From NCBI GenBank assembly GCA_905331295.1, contig CAJNYD010000005.1:248001-312000 (forward strand): 64,000 bases of DNA. The letters are read 5' to 3'. This DNA comes from Rotaria socialis (Eukaryota). The number at the start of each line of letters is the position of its first letter. The first letter of the stretch is position 1. Of this stretch, positions 34,521 to 47,430 are shown piece by piece. The notes below the pieces were generated by a model. That model made no database searches, was not told the origin of the DNA, and saw only the letters and a list, made by a program, of their open reading frames with translations. The position numbers and the translations under genes are program-made.

Positions 34521-35523
34521 ATGAACAACGACGATCATGATCAGACAACATTAATAACAAATAATAAAAGAAAACAAGGTGAGATTTTCAAGGACATTAA
34601 GGCAATTTTTTCTTTTTAAATAGAAATAGTAATGTTTATAAAAAGAAAAACAGAATTTATTTTCTTATCTCTATTATGGAAATGAGATCTATAGATGAAA
34701 GACACTTCATGATTTTGTACGATATATATTCAATAAAACACTTGCAATCTGGATTAGTTTAATTTACTATAGTAGAAAACGAATATAGAATAGTTATTAA
34801 TAATCGATTCTTCTTATGTTTACATATGCATATAAATGAAATAGAAAGTAAGCAATTATTTTCGTTTAATTAGATTTTCTAAGATTTACTAATATATGGA
34901 TCATCTTTAGAGTTTGCTATAAATATGGAAAAAAAAACAAATATAAAATGTAAAATTTGTCTCATACAAACGAAAATCTGATATAATAATCAGAATTTCG
35001 GTTCGAGAATATCTTTAATTGAATCGATTGCATTTTAGGCGACGATTCGAATCAATCACGACAATTAACCTCGAAAGTATTTCGATCTGACTCAACATCA
35101 TTACCATTTGGAATTGCTAATGTTCTTCAATCGACAAATGAATCTTCAAAAATCTATCCAACACCTATAGCAACATCTATATCATCAGTTAATCCATGGT
35201 TAATGGCTTTACATCATCTATCACAATCATCATCAACAACAGCATTAGCAAATGCATCAAATTGGTGTGCAAAATGTTCAATACAATTTCGTCTAACAAG
35301 TGAATTAGTTCATCATATTCGTGTTCATCATGCAATGCGACGTAATTATCATCACCATCACCATCCTCATCAAATTTCTACAGAAACAACAACGACAACA
35401 ACAACAACAACAAGAAAAGCGTTTGCAAATTCAACATCGTCAATGAGTCTTATTTGTCATATTTGCTATGAAACATTTCGAGAACGACATCATTTAACAC
35501 GTCATATGACATCACATCGTTAG
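34521..35523 (+). CDS. PRDM8/ZNF488-like two-C2H2 zinc finger transcription factor lacking a PR/SET domain; exons 34521-34578, 35039-35523
   Basis: NWCAKCSIQFRLTSELVHHIRVHH and CHICYETFRERHHLTRHMTSH match the PRDM8/ZNF488 C-terminal finger pair; phase-1 intron is in frame. Confidence 0.8.
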
Positions 35524-36244
35524 ATTTTCTATCAAATAATTATATGATAAATTCTTTTTATGGTAATGTTTACTCTATTAATTAATTTTACGATCGTTTC
35601 GAATATTCTTCGGACAATAATTATTTCATCGCCACATATATATCTGTGCTTGAATCTATTTTCTTCTTCTTTCCTTTCTGATATGTTTTATTTTGTATTT
35701 CTACAGAAATGAAGAAACAGAAAAGTGTCTTCCAATTAATAGCTTGTTTCATTCTAGATTCATAGAGAGTTAACAACAATCTAAAATATTCCTATTCGAT
35801 TTTCAGACATCTCTAATATAAAGCTAGTATAGGTACATTTCTTTTTCAATAATGTTTTTCAGAAGAGTATCATTATAATTAAAAAAAACTACATGAGCAT
35901 GTATATTATCAAGATCATGAACGAGAGTGGCACTAACTTCTGATCAAACTAAGTCAATTCTACTAGATTATTCAACATTTTTTTGCAGTGTTTTCTTTTT
36001 CTGAAATTTGATTTCCGCTGACGGTAACAGTGTTATAAAAGATTAGATGAATTCAGTCCGAAAAGCAAAATTGAATATTTTTTTTCAAAGAATTCATGAA
36101 CTAACGCCTGGGTCGAAAGCTTCTAGACAAAATTAAAACGTTAATTTTTTCATCATCTTGTGCTTTTATTTCCTAATTTTTTTTATGAAAAATACAATGA
36201 CATGAGATGAACAAATCGCATATTTACAAAATCGAAAAAGGTCA

Positions 36245-36925
36245 ATTGCCTTCAATTTTTCGTAATTTTCCGCGAACGTCATTCATCATGGTCTGGACCA
36301 CTTTGTGATCAATTTCTTTTAGCTGTCTTCTAATTCTGTTGGCCAATTATTTCTGATTCGTAGTCTCCCAACCTCCATTGTACACCTGATCAGCCAATAT
36401 TGACCAAAAGTCCTCGATTGGTCTTGTCTTGGGAACATTCGGCGGGTTAGCCGCTCTCGGTACAAAAGGTACGTTCTGTTCATTGAGCCATTCGATTGTC
36501 TTCTTGGCATAATGTGAGCTGGCGAGATCAGGCCAAAATACATATTTATCATCTTGATGATGTTCATAGATAAATGTCAATAGTTTTGGTAAGCATTTTT
36601 TAATATATATATCGCCATTGACAGCTGGACCTTTCGTAGTTCCAATGTATGGTGCTGAGATACCTTTGCTAGATATTCCCAACCATACTAATATTTTAGG
36701 TGCGAATTTTTGTTTGGATTTAAAATTCACTTCGGGTGATACATGTTCTTTGTCGCCAGACCAAAATCCAGCATTGCTAGGCATATTATCACCAGAAAAT
36801 GAAAAGTATTTTTCATCGTCCATGATGAGGAATGTTTTGGGATCTGTAATTTTTCGACGTAATTTTCGGCACTTTCCTGGTATTTTTTCGAGTTGTTGTG
36901 GCGTATATTTTGGTGCCCGTCGGGT
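36245..36925 (-). mobile_element. Tc1/mariner (IS630-Tc1-mariner) DD37E transposase relic, 5'-truncated with premature stop
   Basis: IMDDEKYF..FWPDLASSHY..NPPNVPKTRPIEDFW has 37 residues between the second D and E. After TAA at 36347 the frame continues LANRIRRQLKEID. Confidence 0.85.
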
Positions 36926-38365
36926 CCGGGTCGGTTCCGGGTATAACATCTTGTTTCCCGGGTACGTAATACATTATACTCATGAGAAACGATTTACGAC
37001 AATGAAGAAAGATATGCATGCAATTTTTGAAAGAGGATTTCAAGGCTATGGCATAAAAGCTGTTAGACTCATTGTTGGCCATCGAAACAGTGCCAATTCA
37101 GAATGTGAACTGACACATAAACGGCCACCTCTCGAATATCTTAAATTAAAACAATAAAAGCCAAGTAATCATTTTCATTGTAACAACACTCATCTTTCTT
37201 TCCATTGCATAGATATGATCATCCATATCCATATTGTACTAAAATCATCACCGATCACCGCATCAACACCGCATCAACACTGCCAACACCAATGCTCATC
37301 CATCATTGAACAATAATCGCCTTATAACACATGTCATCTCTATTAGCTACGGTCTATTTCAGTTTTTTTTCAATCTAGTTCAAATTTTTAATGATAATAT
37401 AAAAGCAGATATTCGCCCTAATCAAACTCTTTCTAATCAACATCTTTCAACGATAAACATTAAAAAAAATTTTCTTTCATATAATTCTCATTCTTCAAAC
37501 TTTAATCATCGTCAAACAATGAAACGAATCAAGGAACTAATTATTCCATAGACCAGAACACATCAATTCTTCAAGAAAATTTTCTTTTGAATTTTTTCGT
37601 TACGAGTGCCATTTGAAGAATTTCGTTGCTGAGATGAAATATCGATATCATGGTAGCTTAGCACACACACCCCACACCCACACCTTCTATGGAGCGGTCG
37701 CTCCAGAGTCGGAGCTGCCCATCTCTGGTTAGAATAAAAAATATGTCGTTTGACCTAGCTTTGTTCTAAGTTTGTGGTAGATATTATGCTATCGGAACAG
37801 TACCATTATGTGATAGAATGCTTTCTTGTTTGCTGTCTCTTCTTATGTATACGATCTGCGACATCGATACAACAATGCAACAGACACTACACTCGCTATC
37901 CATCTCGAGCGACTGTCAATAAAGACAAGTTGATGAAATCGAAATGATCGTGTGATGCATAATTTCTTATTCCACTAAGTTTTCTCATGCTTTTTTTTAT
38001 CGAACTTGCGAATCAAAAGAAAAACGTTCGCAATGCGTTTTTATCTTCAGAATGTTGTAACTGCAGATCCACGCCAAGATCCAACTTTGTTTTTGTCACT
38101 GAACCTATTAGTAATTAAGCATTTTGTGCTAAGGAATTACTTGAATAATGAATTTTGATTGGAAAAGGTTTTCTGATAAAGATATATCTATTTTTATAAA
38201 TCTTTAATCTTGATAGATACTTAAATTTGAAAAACTCAATATATCATTCTGCTTAATGTTAAGATTTTCATTTCTCGAAACATACTTATTATTTTTCCTA
38301 TAAAATATCAAACCAAATGATTTTACTTAGATTTCCAATTTTATTGAAATAATAGATAACAATAA

Positions 38366-40355
38366 TCAACATAGTTCTGCACAAGGAAAGTAATCTTTTA
38401 TTAAATCTAGAGATAATTCTGGTTGAATGTCTAAATTTAGATATTTAATTTTGGCACAATTCATTCGTGTAGTATCACTTGTAAAATTATCGGTTACTCT
38501 TTGTAAGGAATCATAATCCACAATAAGATAAATATTATTTGATAAATACATTTTACTACTATTCAAAAATTGTTCCAAATAATTTTCATGACAATGACTT
38601 TGAGTAAGAACAAGTTTAGTAAGATGAGGATATTCTATAATTGAGCATTGTTGTTTGTCATTATTTTGTGGTTCTCGATTATGTATACGTAGTTCTCTAA
38701 CAAATGGAAAAGATTTAGCAATTTGAAGAAAAAATTCATGTTCGAAAGGACGTTCATCAACTAATGATATTTTACAAACATGTTTAAATAATCCACCACG
38801 AAAATTGTTTGTTATATAATTATAATGCGTCAATGAATATGGATATGAATAAATATGACAATGAAATTGATTTAATTGTGGAAAACCATCAATATATGAA
38901 ATAATTTTAGAGCTTTTAAAATTTTTAAATGTATTTTGAATGTCATTATTTGATGGTAAATTAACTTGATTATCAAAAGGAGTAATTGAACGAATATTAA
39001 ATTTAAATTTTTTTAATTCCGTCATATAATCCAAAATATTTTTTTCCAAATTATAGCCATCAATAATTTCTGCATTTAAACTGTCAAAATACAAACTGAG
39101 TTCTTCTAAATTTGACATTCGATGTAATTGTGGAATAAGAATATTATTGTACACTGATAACACGGACCTATGAGTTAGTGAAAAACATTTCAAATTTGGA
39201 AGTTTTTTCTACAAAACAAAAAAAGGTATTTAATGAATGAAACTATTATTCATTTAATCAAAACATATTAATAATTATGATTGATTTACTTTATTATTGA
39301 CCACTGGTAACGTAGGTACCTTTGACGAACAAATGGTAACATAGATTGTATTAAGTTGATTAAAACGACCATCAAGTAAATAAAGACAATCTTCATAAAA
39401 GTCAACGACGACACGTAATACTAATAAAGTTGAAGATAATATATTTGGACGTGATTCACGAAATGTTAATCGATCATAATGAGAATCATCAAATGGATTG
39501 AACTTGAAATATTGTAAATTTTTGAACATTTTAAAGATTTGTGTAAATATAAATATATTTATATCTTTAATTGAACTTGTTGATTTTGGGCATTCGTTAA
39601 TATCAATATCAATAACAATTGATGATAATTGATTTTTGAAAGTTCGAATGAAATAACTTTCATCTAAATAAACATTGAATATTTTTATGAAACTATTTTT
39701 TTGTTAATTAAAAATATTCAATTCTTTTTTCTTATTTATAAATCAATAATGTTCTATCCACAATGATGTTTTCTTTTTATTCTACAGATTTTCTCCTTTA
39801 CAAACATTACAAAATAATATTTGAATTTTATTCAAATTTAGATTCATCGATGAACATTATGATCAAAAGTATTTTATCAAAAAAGGTCTACCTTAAATCA
39901 TATTCTAATCAGATAAAAAAATAACTTATTTTAGTATTTTCATGTAATTAACTATTTAAAAGAATTAAAGAAAATATCTTGCCAGTAAAAAGTTCGCTCG
40001 CTTTTTCTGGTATAAGTTTGTGTAAAGCTAGTCCAAGTAAATTAGGATAATTTGTTGAAAGAAGAATACGATCCATCGATGATAATTCGAGATTGAGCCA
40101 TAAAATTTTGTGACGAATTTCAGATAAAATTTGAACACAAAATCGATTAAGTATTGGTTCAGTAATTCGGCTTAAATCATTGCAAGGTGTCATAAGCGTT
40201 AAATATCTTGTAAAAATTGAATCTTTCACAATAGTATCAAGTCGTTTATTAACACCTATTAAAGAATAGAGTACATCAGTATTGGGCAATTTTTTCAAAA
40301 TAGTCAAAAGAATTTCATCAGGTAAATCATTCAATTGAATAAATGAATTTTCCAT
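38366..40355 (-). CDS. F-box protein with degenerate LRR-like C-terminus; exons 40355-39983, 39663-39290, 39208-38366
   Basis: F-box LNDLPDEILLTILKKLPNTDVLYSLIGVNKRL; CLYLLDGRFNQL, MSNLEELSL, DERPFEHEFFLQIAKSFP. Intron 1 has a GC donor. Confidence 0.9.
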
Positions 40356-40812
40356 CTTTATTTTCACATATTTTATTTTTGTTTTTCCTTATATATAAAT
40401 ATATCCTAATGTCTGTTAGATGGCCGATGTCGTCAATGAAAACAATGATATATTTTTGTATAGTATAAGTTGATCACGAATGAATGAATAAATCATTGAA
40501 TGACATTTTCTCTCTGTTTTTATGTAAAATTTAGTTTAATGTGCCGCTAAAAATAAATAATGAAACTTTTTTTACTTTTGATTATGTAGAATAGAAAATT
40601 CTTGTATTTTAAATATCAAGTAAACATTTCCAAAAAGGAAATTGAATTTTTTTGTGAATTTGAGATTTCATCATATTACAAGTTCTGTAAAAGGAAAGGC
40701 TCTAAATGATATTTATTCATTGTAAAATTGAGTTTCCATTAGTATAATAAAGAAATTGTTATGACTGGCGTGGTTCTTCAATTTATGAAAAGAACATATT
40801 GACAAGAAGGCT

Positions 40813-40963
40813 ATATCCAAATTGCGACCAAAAATTAAGCCAATTAACACATAAGTAGCCGCAATTTGGAAACACATATAAAATGAGATCAACAAAAAAT
40901 TCTGTGTTCCGAATTGCGACTACTTATGTGTTAATTGGTTTCATTTTTTTGGCCGCAATTAGG
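40813..40963. mobile_element. Short palindromic MITE/foldback
   Basis: ccaattaacacataagtagccgcaatttggaaacac pairs with gtgttccgaattgcgactacttatgtgttaattgg; outer arms aattgcgaccaaaaa / tttttggccgcaatt. Confidence 0.8.
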
Positions 40964-43900
40964 AAGCCACGGAAAAGAATATTGATTATCTGTCACAAGT
41001 GAATATATGACAACAGTATATGAATGTTTCCTGACTCAAATCATAGAGATGAAAACGTGTGAGAAGATAATAATTTTTGTCAAAAATGATATTTTAAATG
41101 AAATCTAACACAATGCAAGTTCGAGCTGATATTCATAGAACTACAAATTCGCAGCTTTTCAATATAATATATTAGCAAAAGCATGAAATTCAAATGATCA
41201 AACGCACAATTATTAGATGAGCAAAGTACAGTTTTTACTAGAATTGTATGCGAAAAGTGAAAAGAAAAATAGTATCTGAATTTTAATACTACGAACAGCG
41301 ATACAAAGGAAAAAGGAAAAACGAATAACAAGATTGAAAAGAAAATATGTAGATGATAATGATAATTACAATTGATTTGAAATATTTGAATTAGGGTTTT
41401 CATTTTTTACATATTGTAATTTTTCAGATTCCCCATAAATAAACTCTTGAATACATGCATTTGTTGATTGATGTGGTGGATTCGTATGACTAACAGATTT
41501 AAGATCAAGAACCTAAAGCAAAACAAAATCTGATTACATTTTTAAAATATTCAGAAATCAAAGTTTTTTCGAGAAAAAGGATACGACAGAATCAATGGTT
41601 GATTAATATTTGGATCATTACTTTCTCAGCTTTTATCCTATTAAACTGATTCTTTTTCTTTTCTAAATTGTTCCGTAAGATTTTCAACAAAATCATGTGA
41701 TTCATTTCTTTCTTTTCAAATGCAAAAAAACTTTGGAATACGAAAAGTAAGAACTAACAATCTATCGTACTTTCCAATTGGACATGTAGGTCGATCAGCT
41801 AAGTTACCACCACCACCATGAATCCATACTTCAGTTACACCTTTATTTCTGAGTACAAAAATGGCGATAATACATCGGCGATATATCATTATTCACATGA
41901 TGACATTGATCTTAGAACTATTGGAAGATGGTGGAAAACGATCAGAGCGATTAGTTCATTTGATTTAATTAGTTAAGTTTTAACTTCAAAGTATCAAAGA
42001 CACATCAAACTTTGAAAATAAATCCACACAACAGTCACAAATATTCTTAGGATAGATGATCCTTTTTAACTAATTTATTCTATTGTCAACTTTATGTGAG
42101 CTCGTAATTGTACTAAAGTGTGCCACAATAGATAAGAAGAATTAATTCACAAAAAGAATGGAAATGAGTAGTAATGTGACTCAACTTGATACTATTTATC
42201 AGACGAAGAGTAAAAAGTAAATATTTATAATATTGTGGAAGAATTCTGATAGAACTTAAACTCATTTAAAAGCATAGTTCTTCTGTATAGAGAAAACTGT
42301 AGTTTTTGTGTCGTTCTCTGTTTTAATTTTCTATTTGGTATAAGAATTTGCCATTTTATTGTCTAAAGTGAGACTATGAATATATGATTAAAGTTAGGAT
42401 GAAAAAATAAGACTTCTTTGAGGTCTATTATGTAATCGTTTCTACATTTTTTCTGTAAATTGTTTATTTCTTGTAATAAAAAAACGGCATATTTTACTCT
42501 TTGTTAGTTTTAAAAGATGAAAAAACTGACAGTAGCTACCAACTCCGTTGTTGATATGAGGGGGTTTGTTCGAATGGATAGAAAAACGTCGAAAGAAAAA
42601 ATGTCGAAGGAAAAAATGTCGATAAAAAAACGTCGGAAAACAACAATCTGTGACCGTTGCCCCCCTGGCATTGACTTCTGTGACTCTTGCTTCCCAACAT
42701 TACATGATCCACAGAAAAGTTCGATATGATTTTCAAAAAGTACAACGTTGGTAGCAATTAGAACAAAGTTAAAATAATTACAAATCAATGCGAAACTTAA
42801 AACCGGGGCGAAATTCACGAACCAGTTCCAGATTTACAATCAGGCTTACTCTATGTGGATCAGAGCATGAATAAATACAAGTATAGAAGTGCAAATACTT
42901 TGAATGATACAAAACAAGTAGAGTATGAGGATCTCATAGATCGACCAGAGGATCATCATAAAAATAAAAGAGAAAGCAATAGTGTTTGCCTTTTCTTATA
43001 TTTTTTTCTGAGCTGCTTCTCCGTTGTCATATTTCTAACTTGCACTAAAACAAATTAATTATGTGTGTTAACAAAAGCAGATGATCCAATTAAACATGCA
43101 TCAAAATTTAGACGACATAAATGGCACACAATTTTGGAACAGAGATTGATTAATCTAATCTGCTTTTGTATAATTAATAAGAACTCTATTATTCTAATGT
43201 TAATTTCTTCATCTAAACTCAATAAATGTATATATGGTTCTTACAATTCATAAGAATTCTATCAAATATCATTGGGGAGCACGCGTCGCTGGGAAGTAAC
43301 CGACGGGGAAGCAACAGGCGTGTTACCGAAAAACAAATATGCAAAAAAACAATATCGAAAAATAAATGCCGAAAGCAACTTTGGTCGAAGAAAAAGATGT
43401 CGATCATATAAGACGTCCAAAATTTCAAGATGCCATTATTAAACAACATTGATTTTCTTTCCTTTTTGTTCTGTCGACGTTTTTTTGACATTTATCAATT
43501 TTGTTTTTCTTCGATATTTTTTCTTTCAGCGTTTTCAGTACATACCGTTTCTGTATTAAGCCATTTTTGTTCTTTATCACAATCATCATCATACGTGTAC
43601 CATCTTGTGCTACTAAAAGCAGCGTCATTTTCTTCTTGTATGATCTTTTGTGGTTCCGAATAATTACTATTTATGTAATACACCACATTATCTGTAGCAT
43701 AATAGATGGCCCGTGGCACCGCTATTGTTTTGGTACATTGTGCATCAGTATGACATAAATAATGCCTAAATTTTAAAACAAAAATAACAATAAATTCTTT
43801 CTTTTTATTTTCGTATCAAATTCTTACGTTAATATTTGTATTTCATTTGATGTAAAACCAATTTCATTATATAAGACTTGATAAAGCATTGGTTTTCCTG

Positions 43901-44821
43901 TAACATGAATAGATGCATCAGAATTAAGATAAAAATCAAAACAATTTGGCAAAACAATATCTGTATCAATTACTGTTCCTAAGATTAAAAAAAAGAAATA
44001 CTCGAATAACAAAATAAAATAAAATCAGTTAACCTGGCGGAACATTTGTTACTTGATTTGATTTGTCATCCCAAGTAAAAAAAACGTGTATTATGATGTT
44101 TTTTAACAAGAACAATGCAAATGCGAGGAATTTGATTATGACCATACAATGCTATAGAAAAAAAATAACATTTGTTTACTTGATTTCATTGTTGAACAAT
44201 CATATTTACCTTGACATGCTTCTTCAATCGCTTTTAATTCATGATCAAGTACTGTTTGAAATGATTCATTACCAAGATCAACTTGATAGAAAACAAGTTT
44301 ATTTGGTAAACGTAAATTATGTTGAAAAAATTCACGTATTAATTCACCAACATATATATGAAAATCTTTTATCATTGAATAAGAAATTTTTCCTATCGGT
44401 ACAACTTGTTTTAAAAGACGAATAGAATATTTTGAATTGGTTGAATCTGTTGATCCACAAATAAAAGCAATTGATGCTCGTTCAGATGAAAATGCTATAT
44501 GAGTATAACCAATACCGAAGAACATAAATACATCTGAACGAGATGTTGGTGAATTGAAAGAAGATACTAATGGTATAAGTTGATGACAATCATCCAATAA
44601 TATATTTTATTTTTTTACTAAATTCTTTAAAAAAAATTCTTAATTAGATTTAAAAAACAGATGAAAAAAAAATTTACTTCAATACAATTGCTCTTATTAT
44701 ATGAATAATTATTGACCAATTCGCCGAAAGGAATACATTTAGTTATCATACCTCAAAAATATTCTTTTTTGTTTTCATAATCAAAATATAAAAAGCTGAG
44801 TTTTTATAATTTGAATCTATA

Positions 44822-45409
44822 CCGAGTGTACCAAGAGTTTTTCAAGGTTATTTATTTCGCATATACCTTGACTAAAGAAACTGATAAAATCTTGATTTCT
44901 TTTTTGAAAGATATACTGTGAAAAGCTCTACAAAAACTGTTTACAGAAATTTCTATTAAATGGTTCTCTTGGTGTTTCCTATAGTCAACATAAACAATAT
45001 ACATGATAGTGTAATGTTCCATTGTGTTGAGTATGATAAAAATGTTTGAAGGGTCTTTTTTGTTTTGCATTAGAGATTTGTTCATACATCTTATGTAAAC
45101 ATTTTTCATAACACATCTGTCAAAAACAAAAATGAAGATGCGATCATTTTCTCAAGCCGAGATATATGAAAAACAAAAAGAACCTTCCCAACATTTTTAT
45201 TATGTCGGAAAGTAGCACTGTTATGTAGGTTGTTTATGTTGACTATAGGAAACACCAAGAGAACCATTTAATAGGAATTTCTGTATGCAGTTTTTGTAGG
45301 GCTTTTCACGGTGCATTTTTTTAAAAAAGAAATCAAGATTTTATTATTTTCTTAAGTCAAGATATATGCGAAATCTAAAAAAATGCTACAAAACTTTTGG
45401 TACACCCAG
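44822..45409. mobile_element. Tc1/mariner-type MITE with ~190-bp TIRs and TA TSD, in an Argonaute intron
   Basis: TA|CCGAGTGTACCA...TGGTACACCCAG|TA; 44822-45011 is an imperfect reverse complement of 45217-45409. Confidence 0.9.
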
Positions 45410-46939
45410 TAAGTAAAGTGCTTTGTTCATTGATACCAATAGACAAAAAAATGATTTAATGCATGCAAAGTGATTATCAGATTCAGATAAGAATAAAGCT
45501 TCTTGAAAGTGAGTTTAGAAGATGATCAATAAAGGGAATCGGGATTCAAATTCAAAATATTTAATCTCCACTAGCTCTAGTCGAGATATAGACTTAATTT
45601 AATTAGATTAGTCATTTTCTTCTATATAATACAAATCTTACCAATTTTTATTTTTGCAAGCTGTTTTACTGCATTATACATTTCATCACCAACTTGATCA
45701 AGAATATAAATAATAACTTCACATCCTAGCATTTTAAGTTCATCCATACGAGCTAATATGGTTGGTAATATAGCTGCATCATATTTTTCAATAGGTGATG
45801 AATTAAATTGAACACCATATTTTGACATAACCTTGAAAAACAAAAGAACAAAAAGATATTTTTTTTATTGATGTCTAAGAAACTCAATTAAAACCTGTAA
45901 AATTCTTTGAGTGAAATCTCTTGTTAAACAAATTTGTTGATCATCAGGTTTATGTTGACTAACAAGAACAATAGTCCATGTACGTATTTCACGTACTTTT
46001 TTAAAAAACTTATTTAACCACCATCTACCAATTTGTACTCCTTCGATAATATCATGTTGATTAATATCTGATAATTTATATTTAATTTCTGGTGATGATA
46101 AAATTCTTCCAGGTATCCATAACATTTCATTAACATCAACAGTAATACCAAATTTTTGTAAATATGAATCGTGATCAAATTGACGTTCATCAACAACACG
46201 TTGAATCATTGTATGACATTTATCAGGATGAACAAGAGTTTTTCTTGTTGCTTCAATATGTTGTTCAGTTGTGATTGCTTGTAAATTTGGTTGTCCTTCA
46301 TCAACAGCAACTAATTCCATTGGTAAAGTATATGATCGATTGTTATCATTTGGATGGTATAATTCAACAACAGGTAAATGTGGATAACGTAATGGAAATT
46401 GTCATCTATCATTAAAATAATTAACAGCTGTTAATGGTTCATCGCCATTTATAATATATTTATGTTGATTTGCTGGACGACCAAATGATTTTAAACGATA
46501 TTGACAATCATCTTCTTGATATAGCATGATAAACCAAAGAAATTTTAATATTTTTTCAACAAGTAATGCCTGATCTTTTGATGAAATACCTAAAATAATA
46601 ATACAAATATAAACAAATGTGAAATAATATTATCTCTTCTTTGCATTCCTCCACTTAATAAATAACAGAACAATAGGAAAATAGTGACTCTTAGCATGAG
46701 AAGAACAAATGATTAGAAAAGCGAGTCTTGTAATCCATCATTGGAAAGTCGCAAAGGTCGACATCTGATGGCTCGGCTGTTCATTCATGAAAAAACTTAT
46801 GTTGTCTAGGATTGAATCATGAAAAACATGACTCATAACCAGGAATGTGTCCATCGGGAGGAACAGAGAGTCGTATGTCTCATTTGAAAAATTTTCATTT
46901 TTTATTTTTTCTAGCAAAAGTTTGCTTTTTTATCCAAAA

Positions 46940-47430
46940 AAGGTCTTAGAGCCGAAAGAGCTGTTCAAAAGTTCGTTTGATAGAAGCTGAACTTTTTGAA
47001 CAACTCCTTTCAAAAAGAGCTGAACTGTTACAACCCCAAGTACGACTCCTAGATGATCGTTAAAAAGTTAAAATTACAAGCATCAGGTAACCCCTGAACA
47101 GTTCTAGGTACTGCTACTGAATAACTCATAAAAAGATAAGGATTTCACCCATAAATAGTCCTTAAAAAGCTATGAAGGTCACTCTTAGACGCCCTTGAAA
47201 AATTATAAGTGCTATGTTGAAGTAGACCCTAAAAAGTTCTGAGTAGCATTTTTGACTTAATGTCAATCGGTTCGTGAAAGAGAGCTCGTTCGAACAGTTC
47301 AGATCTTTTAAAAGGTACTGTTCAAAAGTTCAGCTCACCAACTAGAGTTGTTCGAGCAGTTAGTTCTTTTTTAAAGGTGCTGTTCAAGCAGCGCCTTTAA
47401 TCGGAACTCGAGTTGAACTGTAACACTCCT
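46940..47430. repeat. Transposon-derived repeat with GAGCTGAAC/GTTCAAAAGTTC subrepeats, in an Argonaute intron
   Basis: Repeated gagctgttcaaaagttc / gagctgaac motifs in both orientations. Confidence 0.55.

Noticed and set aside
36618..37157. 179-aa plus-strand ORF
   Set aside because: Antisense shadow of the transposase.
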